From Lingula anatina (Eukaryota > Animalia > Brachiopoda): a stretch of 64,000 nt of DNA. Shown here one piece after another: positions 1 to 12,884 of this stretch. The DNA lies in assembly GCA_051362555.1 (NCBI GenBank), contig CM120640.1, positions 32,569,967 to 32,633,966 on the forward strand. The letters are read 5' to 3'. The translations under genes were made by a program, and so were the position numbers. The notes beneath the pieces are model-generated. The model was given only the letters and a program-made list of their open reading frames with translations. It was not told the origin of the DNA and did not search any database. The stretch's first letter is position 1, and every line of letters starts with the position of its first letter.

Positions 1-1823
1 GATGTACTGCTCATCTTGTACTTCATATTTGCCTCAGGTTTGGCAGTGATGAGAGGAATGGTATATAAAATATATTTTTTTATCTTTTTAACAAATAACA
101 TGGGACATTTTTGAATTACATATGACATTTTATGAAAAGAAAATGTAGCCCAGTAGTTGCACACTTGCTTTATTAAAGGTAAAAGACTTCCTTACTTAAA
201 GCGGCACTTGAAGAGAGGAAAAGGGTTAGATCATAGAGGGGATATGTAAATAGAAAATAGCATATGTGTGGCTAGTATGTTTACATATAAGGCTTCGTTC
301 ACATGGAATGTCTATTTTCTAAAAATCTATTTTCTATTCGCGCTATCTTATGATCACGGTCTGTGCCCTGAATATCCCGCCGCGTAATTACTGGCAGCGC
401 GAGCCAGTTACTTATAGTAACTTATAGTAACTGGCTCGCGCTGCCAGTAATTACGCCGCGGGATATTCAGGGCACAGACCGTGATCATAAGACATACCGC
501 GAATAGAAAATAGAATTTAGAAAATAGACATTGCATGTGAATGAAGCCTAAGTTGCATGTACAGTGGATATATTGAACATGCTCACCAAGAGGAAGATGG
601 TAAAAACAAGCCCTCAGTATTACTACATAAAAATTTGTGTTAAACAACCGTACTTATATCTAATCCCCATACATATCAATTGATCAGCTATAATACTCTG
701 TTTCAGGCTTGTTTAGACTCATCCATGGAGTTTACAAGGCAATACAAGTTGCAGTATGAACCATATCTAGGAGACCCTGGGAAATTTGGTACAGTACAGG
801 TATGAATATAAACCTGCATTGAAGAAGTAATTTAATAGACTTGTGTGGTTCATCAGCTTCAAAAAATGTTCTTGGATAAAAAAAAAGAGATAACCTAACT
901 TTTTCGTAATTGGGGGTCCTGCCTCAGATGCTTACGACTTGTCTGGATAATCTCTGATTGTCCATTCACACTGTGTTCTACTTATTTGCAGATCACATAC
1001 CTTATTTATTGTTTCATTGGTGTAAAAATAGATACATATTACAAATCATGTACCCAATTGTACCCAATTATTTAATTCAGTTTTAAATCTTTAAATAAGT
1101 TTATGGTTGATTTCAGCATATTTTTCTTCAGTTCCACCTTTTTAAACATTTTAAAACGACATTGTAACTAACTTTTAAATCTTTTTATGCCCAGATGCTG
1201 ACCTATTTGTTTTACTTCCTACCATACTATTTCCTGAGCATGTATGGTTTGACCAATCCAGGTTGTTCTTGGATGTTAGATTGGTCAATAATACACGCAG
1301 GAGCAGCCGCCCAGGTAATATATTCTGGTGCCGTGGTATTTGGTGCAACTTGATATATAATGAACACCAATCAAAAGTATTATCTCTTTCATAAATATAA
1401 AGATAATAATAATAACTTTTATGTTAATTTGAGAGTAGTTGATTCTGCCACAAAAGTCGAGGACAGATTTAGTTCATCTTTAAAACAAGTTGTCTGATAT
1501 TATTTCATGAACAACTATATTATCACTTCGACTTCGATCGTTGGTTTTAGTAATTGAATTGAACTTTTTTTTTACAGGCTCAGGTGTCTTATATAGGGTC
1601 CTCTCTCCATTATCGCACACCATATCTTCTGCGGGTTCCACAGGACATGCACGTGCAGATTGTGTTTTGGAGTATCAATTTAAGTCTACTTATTGTCCCC
1701 CAACTGGTCATGTACAGAGTCGTCCAGTATCCACAGTTCTTCCTTGAGAAATCCAAGACATCTTCCACAGCAGGAGACAACAGTTGGAACTCCCTAAACT
1801 CCAAGCCTGTGAAACAGCATTGA
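1..1823 (+). CDS. TM6SF1: TM6SF1/TM6SF2-like EXPERA-domain membrane protein, last four coding exons (5' part lies outside the window)
   Basis: Exons 1-60 (DVLLILYFIFASGLAVMRGM), 707-799 (ACLDSS...YEPYLGDPGKFGTVQ), 1195-1314 (MLTYLFYFLPYY...PGCSWMLDWSIIHAGAAAQ) and 1578-1823 (AQVSYIGSSLHYRTPYLLRVP...stop). All introns are GT-AG, phase 0. The motifs match TM6SF1 EPYLKDP / PGCSWMPD / HAGGLAQAQFSHIGASLH as recalled. Confidence 0.88.
291..548. mobile_element. Fold-back MITE, PIF/Harbinger (Tourist)-like
   Basis: Almost the whole element is a palindrome (GGCTTCGTTCACATG...CATGTGAATGAAGCC, ~120-bp arms). It is flanked by TAA on both sides (288-290, 549-551) and lies in a TM6SF intron. Confidence 0.8.
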
Positions 1824-3905
1824 AGAAATTTAATTTAGTGATTGTCATGTGTCAGAACATACAGAGTAAATGCTTTTTAAAGTTGCAAAATTGATCTTTA
1901 TTCTTTGTATTGATTTTTTTATGCTTTCCACAATTGATTTTAATTTACTTTCACATTGACAATTTGTTATATATTTTAAAGATTTTTGCAGCAAATTATT
2001 TTCATTTTATTTTCTTTTACTGGTATAGATTATGTGAATTCTTTAGACATATTTCAGTCAAATGTTAAGTTTTTGTTGTACTTAAGGTTTTTGTTTAAAC
2101 GTGTGTAGATATTGGTATTCTTACATATATAATGGTGATTAAGTTGGTTGAATGTTACTGACAATTACCTAATTACCTACAGAGATATAAGTCAACTGAA
2201 GCAGATGTTTTATCACTTTCATTGTTAATTGAATATTCTTTGAATTTACTCATATCTTGTTCGTTGTTTTGCCTGTTTACACAAACATTGTTTTCACAAT
2301 CAGTCTGCAGTTATTTTTGCATGATATTTAATTGAATCTCTGCAGGTAAAAATTTAATGCACTCTGATGCTTCATATTACATATTATTATACAGGTGCTA
2401 TTGCAATAAACATTTTTGTTCAGTGTTAACTTAAAAGTATTACCTTTGCTTCAGCAATTATGTCAACAAATTTGTGCTTCAACATTCTGATGAAGTTTGT
2501 GTCAAACAAAATATAAACATACATATCTGTTGACAGACTGCACATTGATTTTAAATAAAGGTTGAAAACATATTCTACCTTCATGAACTCTACATGGAAT
2601 TTTTACACTTTTGAATCAAAATGTATACGTTCCAGAAGGTGCAGTTCTGGTTAATCATGGAAGTTTTTTTTTTTTGTTTTTTTTTTGTTTTTTTTTTTTT
2701 TTTTTCGGTCAGGCCTTTTGTTATCTTGAATTCCAGCATTATGTCTTTTTCTCATTTTGAATGTATGAATTCTCAATATTCCAGTTTAATTCGAATGTTT
2801 TGATGAGTTGGGTGTAATAGAGTTTTTCCCCAGTTGTTTAAAACTGATTAACAAAATGCCACATCTTTTTAGAATCAGGCCTTGCATAAAAACAGGGCAT
2901 GTGGAAGCAGCTATTGTAGTATAATTCTGATTGAATAAAAAAGTTTGAAACAATGAAAGTAAAACAAGTTAGTCAAGCAAAAAAATGCAATAATCTTCAG
3001 ATTTAATTTGTACATTTAATGCGTTGAACTCGTTTTATAATAGTGTTGGCAGCATTGCGTTAGGTTGTGCTCTTCACAAAGCACAACTACTCAACTAACA
3101 CATTAAATTTTGTTTTTGCATAAGAGTGACTTGCCTGCTCGCTGCAAGGACTCAACACTATAATGAGGGCTAATGTTGCCTCTGACAGTTTACAGTTCAA
3201 GTTGATGTAAATTAAAATCTGAGGAAAGTTGCTATTGCTATTGTCAGTGGGGTTAGACCGATTTTGAAGGCTGCATTCTAGTAGATGCCGATTACTAGCT
3301 GATTTGCCTCAAACAATTGGAAAGTAGATTTACCTTAGGCTATATAGAAACATTTTTGGTTTTATATATCCGACCAACTTTCAAATTTTAAACTTAAGAC
3401 AGTTGTTTTGAGGTAGGTTGATATACAACTTCAAAAAAACTGCAATAAAATTCCACCCTTAAACGTGCATGTTTTTGCGTTTAATTCTGATCGCTTTCAG
3501 ACCACAAGCTCAGCACCCAAAATGAATACACGTAGTACTTAGTCCCAAATTCATGATTTATGGTTAAATTGTTGGGTTACCCAAGCCTGCAGCCAGGGGA
3601 GGGGGGGTCGAATGAACCATCATTTTTGTTAGGGAAAGGTCCACTTTGGGAAAAGAAATTGATCTGTACATATGAAGGTTTTATGGTAAAAGGTCCACTT
3701 TTTTTTCAGAAAAAAGAACCAAATTAAAATAGCTGATTACTAGCCAATGTAAACCATTTCATTTTAATTTCTCTCGGTGTTGAATGAACAACACAAAATG
3801 CCATAATAACTGTCATTAAGTCGGGTAAGTACATGAAAGTAACCAACAGAGAGTAAAAAAACTAACTGCACGGTAACTGATATACGGTACATAAATCTCG
3901 TAATC

Positions 3906-4988
3906 CAGGGCTCCGTATCTCGAAAGTTTCGCTATGTTGCGCACGTGCGCTAGCATGGCGAGCGTGCGCTATCCCATATCTCGAAAGCTTCGCAAATCCC
4001 GGCCGTGGGCTAATGTAGAAATCACCTTTAGTTTCGAGGCTATTATTTGCGGCGGGGCCGTAGCGATAGTCCGAAGGTTTAATAGTCCGAAGGTTCATTG
4101 GTCCGAATGTTCACTATAGAACCTTCGGACCAATGAACCCTTGATTAAAAAATCGATGAAAATGTTACCACTTTTCGGACCAATGAACCTTCGGACTATC
4201 GAGACGCCCCCATTTGGGGCGATATAAACTAGTCTTAAAGGCCTCTGCGTATGAATAATACGTCATTTTAATGTGTCTTTCATGTAATTAAACATGGTGG
4301 CAAGTTCGGGTTGCTAGTCATAATAGCATATAATAAAACATATAACAAAATCATGGAAGCTTTTAATTGATTGAATCACTGGTACCTCTGATAGAAAAAC
4401 TTGCGGTAAATATTCACGTGAAGAATGCTAAAGTCATGTTTTATTATGCAGAAAAACTTCAAAATTAAACATTTCATACATCATTTTATATTTTCTGGTG
4501 AATTTAATTCATCTGTGTAGTTTATTGATAATAATAATAAATTTAAAAGTGTCATTTTCTACACAAAATGAAAAAGCAGAAACAAAGCATTCGGTCGCAC
4601 CGTGACCTTCCTCAATGTCTATTATTGTGAGACTGAACATTACTCACCAATGTGTCAGTAATTGTGTCAGTCCAAGCTTCGCTTATTGAATTGTTTTTTG
4701 ACATTTTATTGGTGTCAAATACTTCAAATATCAGTATTTGTAATTATGATATTCCTATAAATAAAAACAACCTCTTGATTTGCGTCATGGTGAAAAAAAT
4801 TACATTTTGTGTAATTGTGTTATGACGTCTTCACTTTATGCGGCAATCGAATTTTAGTAGAGTTTGAGGTTATAATTGCGTTGCGTTTGCTAAGGCTTCG
4901 AGATAGCAGGTGGGTGCTATCGCACTAGCAAATAGCGCACGCTCGCCATGCTCTCGCACGTGCGAAGCTTTCGAGCTACGGGGCCCTG
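3906..4988. mobile_element. Non-autonomous TIR DNA element
   Basis: Termini CAGGGCTCCGTATCTCGAAAG...CTTTCGAGCTACGGGGCCCTG, plus subterminal inverted matches (GCATGGCGAGCGTGCGCTAT / ATAGCGCACGCTCGCCATGC). No clear TSD. Confidence 0.65.
4054..4211. mobile_element. MITE nested in the 3906-4988 element; second copy at 40978-41152
   Basis: GGGGCCGTAGCGATAGTCCGAAGG...CCTTCGGACTATCGAGACGCCCC with internal GTCCGAAGGTTCA repeats. Near-TSD atttgcggc/atttggggc. Nearly identical to 40978-41152. Confidence 0.8.
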
Positions 4989-5162
4989 CTCAAAAACCGC
5001 AATTTAGTAACGTCACATGATCTTTTTCTTTTCCAGAGAGAGGCTGTGGGCAAATCTCAGAGATAAGCAATGTAAATAACATTTGACCTTCCAGAATACG
5101 CAGTTGTGAACAGTCACGATAGCTGACGCCAATATCGATTCGGGGAGACTGGCTACTAGGCA

Positions 5163-5173
5163 GTGACAAAGCA
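5163..5173 (+). promoter_or_regulatory. Candidate antioxidant response element (Nrf2/CncC) upstream of AS3MT-A
   Basis: GTGACAAAGCA matches RTGACnnnGCA. It lies in a CpG-richer, promoter-like stretch ~850 bp upstream of the ATG. The motif is short and may be chance. Confidence 0.3.
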
Positions 5174-6009
5174 GAAAACCTCACGCTCAGTGGCAGGAAA
5201 GAAAGAACAAGTAAGGAGCGGATGCTGGCAAACATTTCTCTTGTACTAGTAAGTTGTTTCTTGGAGCCGTTTCTAGTACACAAGATTATTCAATGGCGAA
5301 GCTGCAGCTGAAACGACAGCCAACGATTTGGTTTTTGCGTGCGGTAAATGTCGGTGTTTGCGGTTTCTTCCAGTAATCGGTGAAAAGAGTTGGCTTCTTT
5401 AGTAATTGTGACAGTCAGAACATAGGCGAATAATGCGCCCACACCGTATGTAAAATCTTGTCTTAAAACAAAAGTAATGTATCAGTGCTCGTGCCAAATG
5501 GCAATATTTGGCATGTTCTATATCTAGGTTAATTACCTATGACATGCATTGCAACTCACATATGAAGCATTTTTACCGTGTCCCTTGGCTGTAGATTATC
5601 GACGTTGGTTTCAGGCCTGCAAAGATAAATGGTTCAAGATGTCTGGGTTTATTAAGTGCATAGCTTTTATCATAACCTGAGGAATATAATTTGATTTGTC
5701 TGAAAATAGCTGATTGCCTTTTTCACTGCTTCTTTTTCTGCAAGAAAATTTAATGAATAATCTTTTGGTGCACTTTGGTGACAGCAAAAGATGCTAGTAA
5801 ATGTTTTAACTGTTTGATTTATAAAATCCCTGTATTTTGATAAGTCCAACCCCTTGGTTACCAGTCAAATGCTAGACTATAGCTTATAATTTTTTATCAT
5901 TGAAGAAGTGGAAATAAATGAAGCATTGCTACTGATTATTATTGAATTTTTTTCCCCAGAACTTGTAGGAAAACAACCTCTTCTGGTTTGCACTCCAATT
6001 CCTGTCAGG

Positions 6010-6213
6010 ATGTCTTGCTGCAACTCCACCCCAGACAACACTATCATAGATGATGTGAAGGAATACTATGGCAAACGCTTGAGGCAGTCAGCAGACCTCC
6101 AAACTGGCGCCTGCACCACTGGCAGTGCACCACCAAAATATGTCCGGGAAACACTCGGTCTTATCCATGAAGAGGTGGTATCCAGGCAAGTTATATTGAA
6201 GAGTGGCATATTA

Positions 6214-6255
<42 letters not shown>

Positions 6256-6770
6256 AATTTATATAAAAATTATGGAATATTATTATGAAATATGTTTTAT
6301 GAAAAAATTCTCTAAAGATGTGGTATTGCTATGGATTGTAATCTGTAGGTAGTTTCATTGGAATATTGAAATGTTTACTGGGGTAGCGCTAACACTCGCC
6401 AATTTAGCCAAATGCTAAAACTGACTTCAATTGGCTAAAGAAAAAGGGCTTGATTTGACATGTTTTAGCCAAATTATAACCATTTTGGTAACAAATTGAC
6501 AAAAATGTGGTGATTTGGCTAAGCAAAAAAAATTGCTAGCGCTACCCCAGGTTTACCTGCTTGACATACAGTATGACATCATAAAATTTTAATGTAGATT
6601 TGTGGTTTGTTTATTGTGAAACCAACTTGTAATTTATCATGTCACACCTTGTGAAGAGATAATTTGGTATTTTATAAGTACAGCATTAAATTGTTTTCAA
6701 GGGGCTGTTTTTGCTGATATTGTCCTCTTGTCATTTTGTATAACACATTCATGAGCATGTCCCCTGTGCG

Positions 6771-6809
<39 letters not shown>

Positions 6810-7327
6810 GCATTTTATGTGACTACATATATTCTTGAGCTTAAAAATATGCTTAGGTTAAATCAGGGCAGGATGTTAACTTAGAGTTGCCTACACCATG
6901 AGATTAAAATATACAAATTTGCAGATGTTCTTAAAAGGTGATTGAAATGTTGTTTACTGTTGACAGGTACTATGGATGTGGTCTTGTGATCCCACAGTGT
7001 TTGACTGACATGAAGGTTTTGGACCTTGGTAGTGGCTCAGGACGGGATGTCTATGCTCTCAGCAAGCTAGTGGGAAAGAATGGCCATGTGACTGGAGTAG
7101 ACATGACAGATGAACAGGTTCTTTTCTAATTTTTAGTCATTTTCTCATTTTTAGACATTTTTAGCATTTTTTTCTTCAGTCAGTCATAAGAGAAAGGGAA
7201 GCTTCTCAAAACCTTCTTCAGGATAACAACTTCTTCAGGTCTGTAACTAGCATTTTGAAAGGTTTTAATTTTTTTTTCTGAAAAAGAAAAACTTTTTTAC
7301 CCCCTCAGTTGACCAAGCTTGAGAAAT

Positions 7328-7380
<53 letters not shown>

Positions 7381-10300
7381 CAGACTATGAGTGGTTATTT
7401 CTAACCCTCGACCATTTTGCCAATGGGTTTGTCTGAAATTCCCCCTATCTTAAATCTTTAGTGCAGATGAACAGCAAAATAAAAATCATTACTGCAAAAA
7501 AAAACTGTATGGTTAGCAAGGGGGTTGAACAAAATATTCATTGGTGGTAGGTGAATCTTGTCAAATTGTCTTTTAGTATGTATAGAAAAGAAATGCACTC
7601 AAAATAATACATGTATGTGAACAAAGTAACTACATGTACATGTACATATCTTGATTTTCTTTGTTTTGAAATGTGCCCTTAAAATGTGCTACAGGTGCTA
7701 GGTTATATTGAATATCCAATTAAGGTGACATTTGGTGAACCACCTGATGCACATTAAAATCGTGGCACTCAATAGCTCAGCATCTGTGCCGTGTTTTATG
7801 GCTACATTATGGAAGCCATAAGTATTTACTCCATGCACATCTTAATAGTTTGGGGTGCTCTTCTTGTCTTGACATACAAAAAAGTGAAAATGTTAAGATT
7901 TAACTATCTCTTAGGGTACTTCCATTTTTTGAAACCATACTACAGGTCTGTATAAAAAGATTTGATAATTTTTTATTTTGTTTCTTAAAGATTTTATTTA
8001 TGTGTTACACAGTCAGATGGTAATTCAGTCACATAAATGTTCCATTTAATGTGTTTAAATGCTTGCAGTATGAATGATGACGCCATTGTTTACTCATTTT
8101 TTACTCTTTTGTAGCTCGAAGTTGCTAGAAAGTACATCACTTATCATGCAGAGAAATTTGGCTATGAGAAACCCAATGTCGCATTTGTCCAAGGATACAT
8201 TGAAAAACTGCTTGAGTTGGGAATTCCAGAGGGAACCTTTGACATCATAGTGTAAATACATTTGTAAGAAATATGTACATATAAGTTGTTTGAAGACTTG
8301 TTATATCACAGATTACTATAAGTATATGTTTAAGATATTTGGCAAAAGCTGTTTTCAGTTGATATAAAAATACATGACATGAAAGAGGATTGAAATGTGA
8401 AAATATTTTGATAAATTATTACATGGTGATTTATGTCATTACATTTACATATATATAGTTGCCTACTAGTACTTGAATGTTGTACTCAAAGCTTTTCCTT
8501 GTCAGCTCCAATTGTGTGGTGAATTTATCACCTGATAAAAAAGCAGTTCTACAGGGAGCATACTCATTACTGAAGGTAATAAGTAAACCAACACAATGAG
8601 AGACAAAACCATCAGGTTTAAATTGAATAACACATCCTTTTGCAATTTGAAAAAAATCAGGGAGCATGGCCTTTCATCAATACCATTTTTAAAGTTTTTT
8701 TTAAAGGATGGTCTTTTCTTGACATCTTCATGCATTTCATTACATTATTTGGTAACACTAGGTATTCAAACTTCTGTCCCTTTAGAACTTTTGTTTCTTT
8801 AATGACGAACTTTTTTTTTTCAGTCTTCAGTAATTTTAGTCTTAATACTAATATTGTGAAACCTGTTTTTTATATATATAGAACAGCAGTGGTCACATAA
8901 TTATGCTGTTGTCGCACATATGGTAAACATAATGAGTTTTAAACTGATTTGCAGTCCTTGTGACCTTGCATTGACCCCTTGTGACCTTGAATTAACCCCT
9001 TGAATATGTTTATTGTTTGTAGGAAGGTGGAGAACTCTACTTCAGTGATGTGTATGCAGACAGCAACCTACCAGACACGATTCGAAAGCACAAGGTGTTA
9101 TGGGGTATGATGGTATTTTATTATTTACGCCCATACAGATTAATTTACAAAAGGAGAGTATTAATCATTATAACATTTAGCATATTTTAGCAAGTCTGTA
9201 CCTAGAAGTGTGTTGGCTGAAAATTAATTTCAGCAGTTTATGATGGATTTGACTGGGCATATGGTAGAGTCTTTTGGTTGAGAACATTTTAGTTATTAAG
9301 CCAAAAGTGAAAAGACTAGTAGCAACCTAGAACCATAAGAAACCAGTTTATATTTTATGCAAAACTTTCTCACACGAAATTTTTTTATTTCAAAATGACA
9401 GAAATTTGCTATAGGCAAATGATCAAAGACATTTGAGTAATTGATTGCACTGTGCACATTAACTTGATCTTTTAGGTGAATGTATAGCTGGTGCCCTCTG
9501 GTGGCAGGATCTAGTGAAGATAGCAGAAGAAGTTGGTTTTACCACAACACGTCTTGTACATGCCACACCCTTGCCCATTAACAATGATGAATTGCAGAAA
9601 GTTGTCGGTATGTCAGATTACAGATATCAGTCAGTTTTCAAAATTTAGATGAAAATGTGTGTTTATGGATCTTCAGATTGTTTGCACTTCAGGGATCACA
9701 GACTGGGGTAGCGCTAGCAATTTTTTTCGCTTAGCCAAAACACCACATTTTTGTCAATTTCTTTAAAAAATTGTTATAATTTGGCTAAAACATGTCAAAT
9801 CAAGCCCTTTTTCTTTAGCCAATTTAAGTCAGTTTTAGCATTTGGCTAAATTGGCGAGTGTTAGCGCTACCCCAGACAGATGTCTTACTTTCAAAAATGC
9901 AAATTGCATCTTACAGTACAGTATATAGTGTTTAGTATAGTCAGGTTTCATTGAGTGTGGGAAAAAACTTGCGCAGTATTGGTTAAGTAAATGAATATAT
10001 CATCCTCCTTGCATACAATTATGTCTGGCTGCTACTTAAAACAACACACATTCGAGCTTAAGTCACCTTTATTCCTACACCTCTAAAACTACTGAACAAA
10101 GGCACAAGATACATGTAATAGTAGTACAATTAAAAGGCCCAGTGTCTTTAGCACGATAACTTCCAGAGGGGGAGGAAAAGAAAGAAAAAAAAAATTATAC
10201 AGTTAACACATTGCAAAGTTCATATAATCTACGATGAGCTCCGATGGCTTGCTGCTGCCGCTGTGCAGTTTAAAGCTGTGAGTGACCGTTGGGCAGTTTC

Positions 10301-11473
10301 ACGTGACCAAATATCCAAACGAGGCAGCTGATTTGATTGGACTGGCCACTGGTCAGTAACACGTGACCACTGCATGTTAGAACAAAGAGGATGCAGGGAT
10401 AAAGGTCCCTATGCAGCCCTCCTGTGTGAGTTTTAAATACCATTTAGTTTAAATGGACACAATTATTTCTGGCATATATTTCCAGAGGGTCACCAGTTTG
10501 TGTCTGCTGAGTATCGTCTGTTCAAGCTTCCAGCCAAGCCCAGCAGTCCATGCCAGGTTATATATAAGGGTGGTGTGTTAGGAAGTGAAGAGACTTTCCA
10601 GTTGGACTACAGAAGACAGTTCAAGGTATTTATGTTTATTTTCCTTCTGTACTGTAATTTTTAAGAAACTATTATAATCTTATAATCTAATTTTTCTTAT
10701 TTTTAGATACCAGTTAAATTATGAAATATGTAAAAGCAATTTTTTCACTTGAGATTTCAGGCCAGACATATCGTATCTGATTTTTTAAAAACTTTTATTT
10801 ACTTATTTTTTTCTTGAGGGGGGATTTACAGTTGGACTCTTTGTTAATCTCTTTGACATATGTATGTTGTAGCTATTCCACTTTCATCCTTCCCATTAAG
10901 TTTTTTTATAGAAACCATCTTGTCCCTGTTTTCCGTGTCCATCCAAAATTTAGACTTGCAGTTTTTTGCTCATTTCAGAAAAATGAACCTGTGACTGTGG
11001 ATGAACAGACTGCAAGCATTCTTCAGAACACAAGATTTGCAGATTGGTTCAGTTTTCAACCCCTACCTGACAACCAGACGCAGGAAATGGACAAGGTGAT
11101 CAATTACTCTGTCTGCCATCAATTCTATAATGAAATATTTACATTTTAATAAGCTAATCAAGACATTCAGCCACAATGCATCAGTGCATCTTTTATTTTT
11201 TCTGTGATTTGATTTCTTTCTTTCTATACTTTTTCAATATAATCCAGCAGTTCATAAGTGTGTGTGTGTGTGTTCAAATAAAGTACTAGTATCCGTACGT
11301 ACAATATTAAGCTTTAGCAAAGATTTATTCGTTAACAGTGTATCTACTTTCAGGAGAACTGTCTGGACCCATTTCTCTATATCTCTACCAAGGGTGTCAA
11401 GGCACCTAGTGGTGGGTGCTGTGGGCCTTCCAAGAAGAGTGACAAATGTGCAGAGGTCAAAAAATGCTGTTGA
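6010..11473 (+). CDS. AS3MT: Arsenite S-adenosylmethionine methyltransferase, canonical copy A (374 aa, 9 coding exons)
   Basis: Exons 6010-6185 (GC donor), 6967-7117, 8115-8251, 8506-8575, 9023-9104, 9476-9607, 10486-10625, 10979-11095 and 11354-11473, 1125 nt in frame. Motifs LQTGAC35, RYYGC63G, LDLGSGSGRD, GVDMTDEQL, SNC158VVNL, GGELYFSDVY, LWGEC208IAGAL; C-terminus GGCCG...KKCC*. Confidence 0.95.
6378..6550 (+). mobile_element. 173-bp MITE in AS3MT-A intron 1
   Basis: TIR CTGGGGTAGCGCTA...TAGCGCTACCCCAG with 5-bp TSD GTTTA. A ~95% identical inverted copy lies at 9703-9875. Confidence 0.85.
6767..6808. repeat. (GC)n(AC)n microsatellite
   Basis: gcgcgcgcgcgc followed by an (ac)n run. Confidence 0.85.
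7330..7379. repeat. (TA)n microsatellite
   Basis: Uninterrupted TA run in AS3MT-A intron 2. Confidence 0.9.
9703..9875 (-). mobile_element. 173-bp MITE in AS3MT-A intron 6 (inverted copy of 6378-6550)
   Basis: Same TIRs, 5-bp TSD ACAGA. Its reverse complement aligns to 6378-6550 with about 8 mismatches. Confidence 0.85.
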
Positions 11474-12260
11474 ACTCCTTATACAGAATACAAGTTCTGG
11501 ACTTGCTCCTGCATAATAGATGTCAAACAAATGTTCCACATATTCTGATTTGGCTTTGAAAAGTGTGAAATATTTCTGATAATTTTTGCTAGATTAACAT
11601 TGATTTTGTTAAAAAAAAATTGACATGCACTAAAGTTAATAATGTGCAAAGAGGATTGGAGATGCAAATCACATGACTCGTATCGTCCGTAAATTTGAAC
11701 TGAACAACAACAACGACACTGGCTTTAAAATCAAATAGCGACTGTAATACTCTTTACAGAGAGAAAATAAGCAAATTGACATTTAGAGTCCGTAAACACG
11801 CATACTGACTCCATTGAAAAAACCATTATGGTTTTAATGGCGTAATACAAATTGTACTTTTATAATAAAGAAATCATTGAAATCGGAAAGAAAATGCATA
11901 CAGTGTATCGCTTTCTTTTTCTCTTTCTCCCTCGTTATTATTATTACGTAAGAACATTCTCTACTTCTATGGTAAGAAGTATGTTATAGATGTTCCACCA
12001 GAATAGTGGTGGGGTCGCTGTTGGTGCTGCTGTGTATGATGCAATTGTATGTTCTACAGGTACATGTAAGCTCTGCATTGTTCTTTCTCGGGCAGAGAGA
12101 TTTTAGTTATCAAAATAGTGCTTAACAGTTTTTTAAGACACCAAAGTGCTCAAACAATAGCATATGCCTATTTATACGTTAGGATGTCTGGCAAATTTTA
12201 GATGTGCTCAGATGTAATGAAGCTGAAATTGAAAAGTTGTAAGTAAGCTGTATAATACAT

Positions 12261-12392
12261 TTATGTCTCCTTGATCTAAGCTAATTTAAATGATATGACA
12301 TGCAGATAAAATAATGGAACAAACTCGAGTATGTTGATCGAAATTTGGCCGATGACGGCCGCATTTATTGAAAGTCCTATTACTAAAAGAAA
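12261..12392. repeat. Dispersed repeat; direct copy at 30721-30840
   Basis: Core TCGAAATTTGGCCGATGACGGCCGCATTTATTGAAAGTCC versus TCGAAATTTGGCCGGGAACGGCCGCTTTTATTGAAAGGTCC. Both start with TTATGTCTCC. Confidence 0.6.
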
Positions 12393-12884
12393 TGAAGCTG
12401 ATAAATGATAAACATTGAATAGTATGCTGCATGTGCAGTTTCGATTTCGTGACAACCTTGCAGTCATAACACTTTATATATATATGCCTTTCATTGGTAA
12501 TAAATTTTTCATCCAATTCCAAAGAAAATATGTTTTAGTCTATTGAACTTGACAACAATAAAACTGTCACAAAATTTGAAAACAGTTTTCTTTATCACGG
12601 CCTTGCAACAAGCTTGTATACGCCTTTAGTCATGTTGAGAGGTGCGATTTAATAACAAGTTAAAGAAAATGTTCGCAGGTTGCAGGCCAAGTTGGAAGTA
12701 TTAACAAGGCATAAATTATATCTCTCTTTATGAGTCTGGTTTTATTTATGATTTAGTTTGTCGGCTTTCAGTATTTTACATTTTGATAAAATAGGTAAAA
12801 ATAAAACTGTGACATGCAAGCTTTTTTTAACATATTCCCAGGATAGAATTAGCTGCTCGATGATACATATACGTTTGTACCATT

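Noticed and set aside
2486-2520. CTGATGA followed by a small stem, possible hammerhead ribozyme
   Set aside because: The required GAAA core after stem II and the pairing stems I/III are absent.
8431-8900. Cluster of overlapping short ORFs
   Set aside because: Chance ORFs around AS3MT-A exon 4 (8506-8575, + strand).
11465-11700. AS3MT-A ends TGC TGT TGA followed by an open frame, raising possible selenocysteine read-through (CCU)
   Set aside because: No convincing SECIS hairpin was visible by eye in the 3' UTR, and C-terminal CC* is a normal ArsM ending giving the expected length. SECISearch would settle it.
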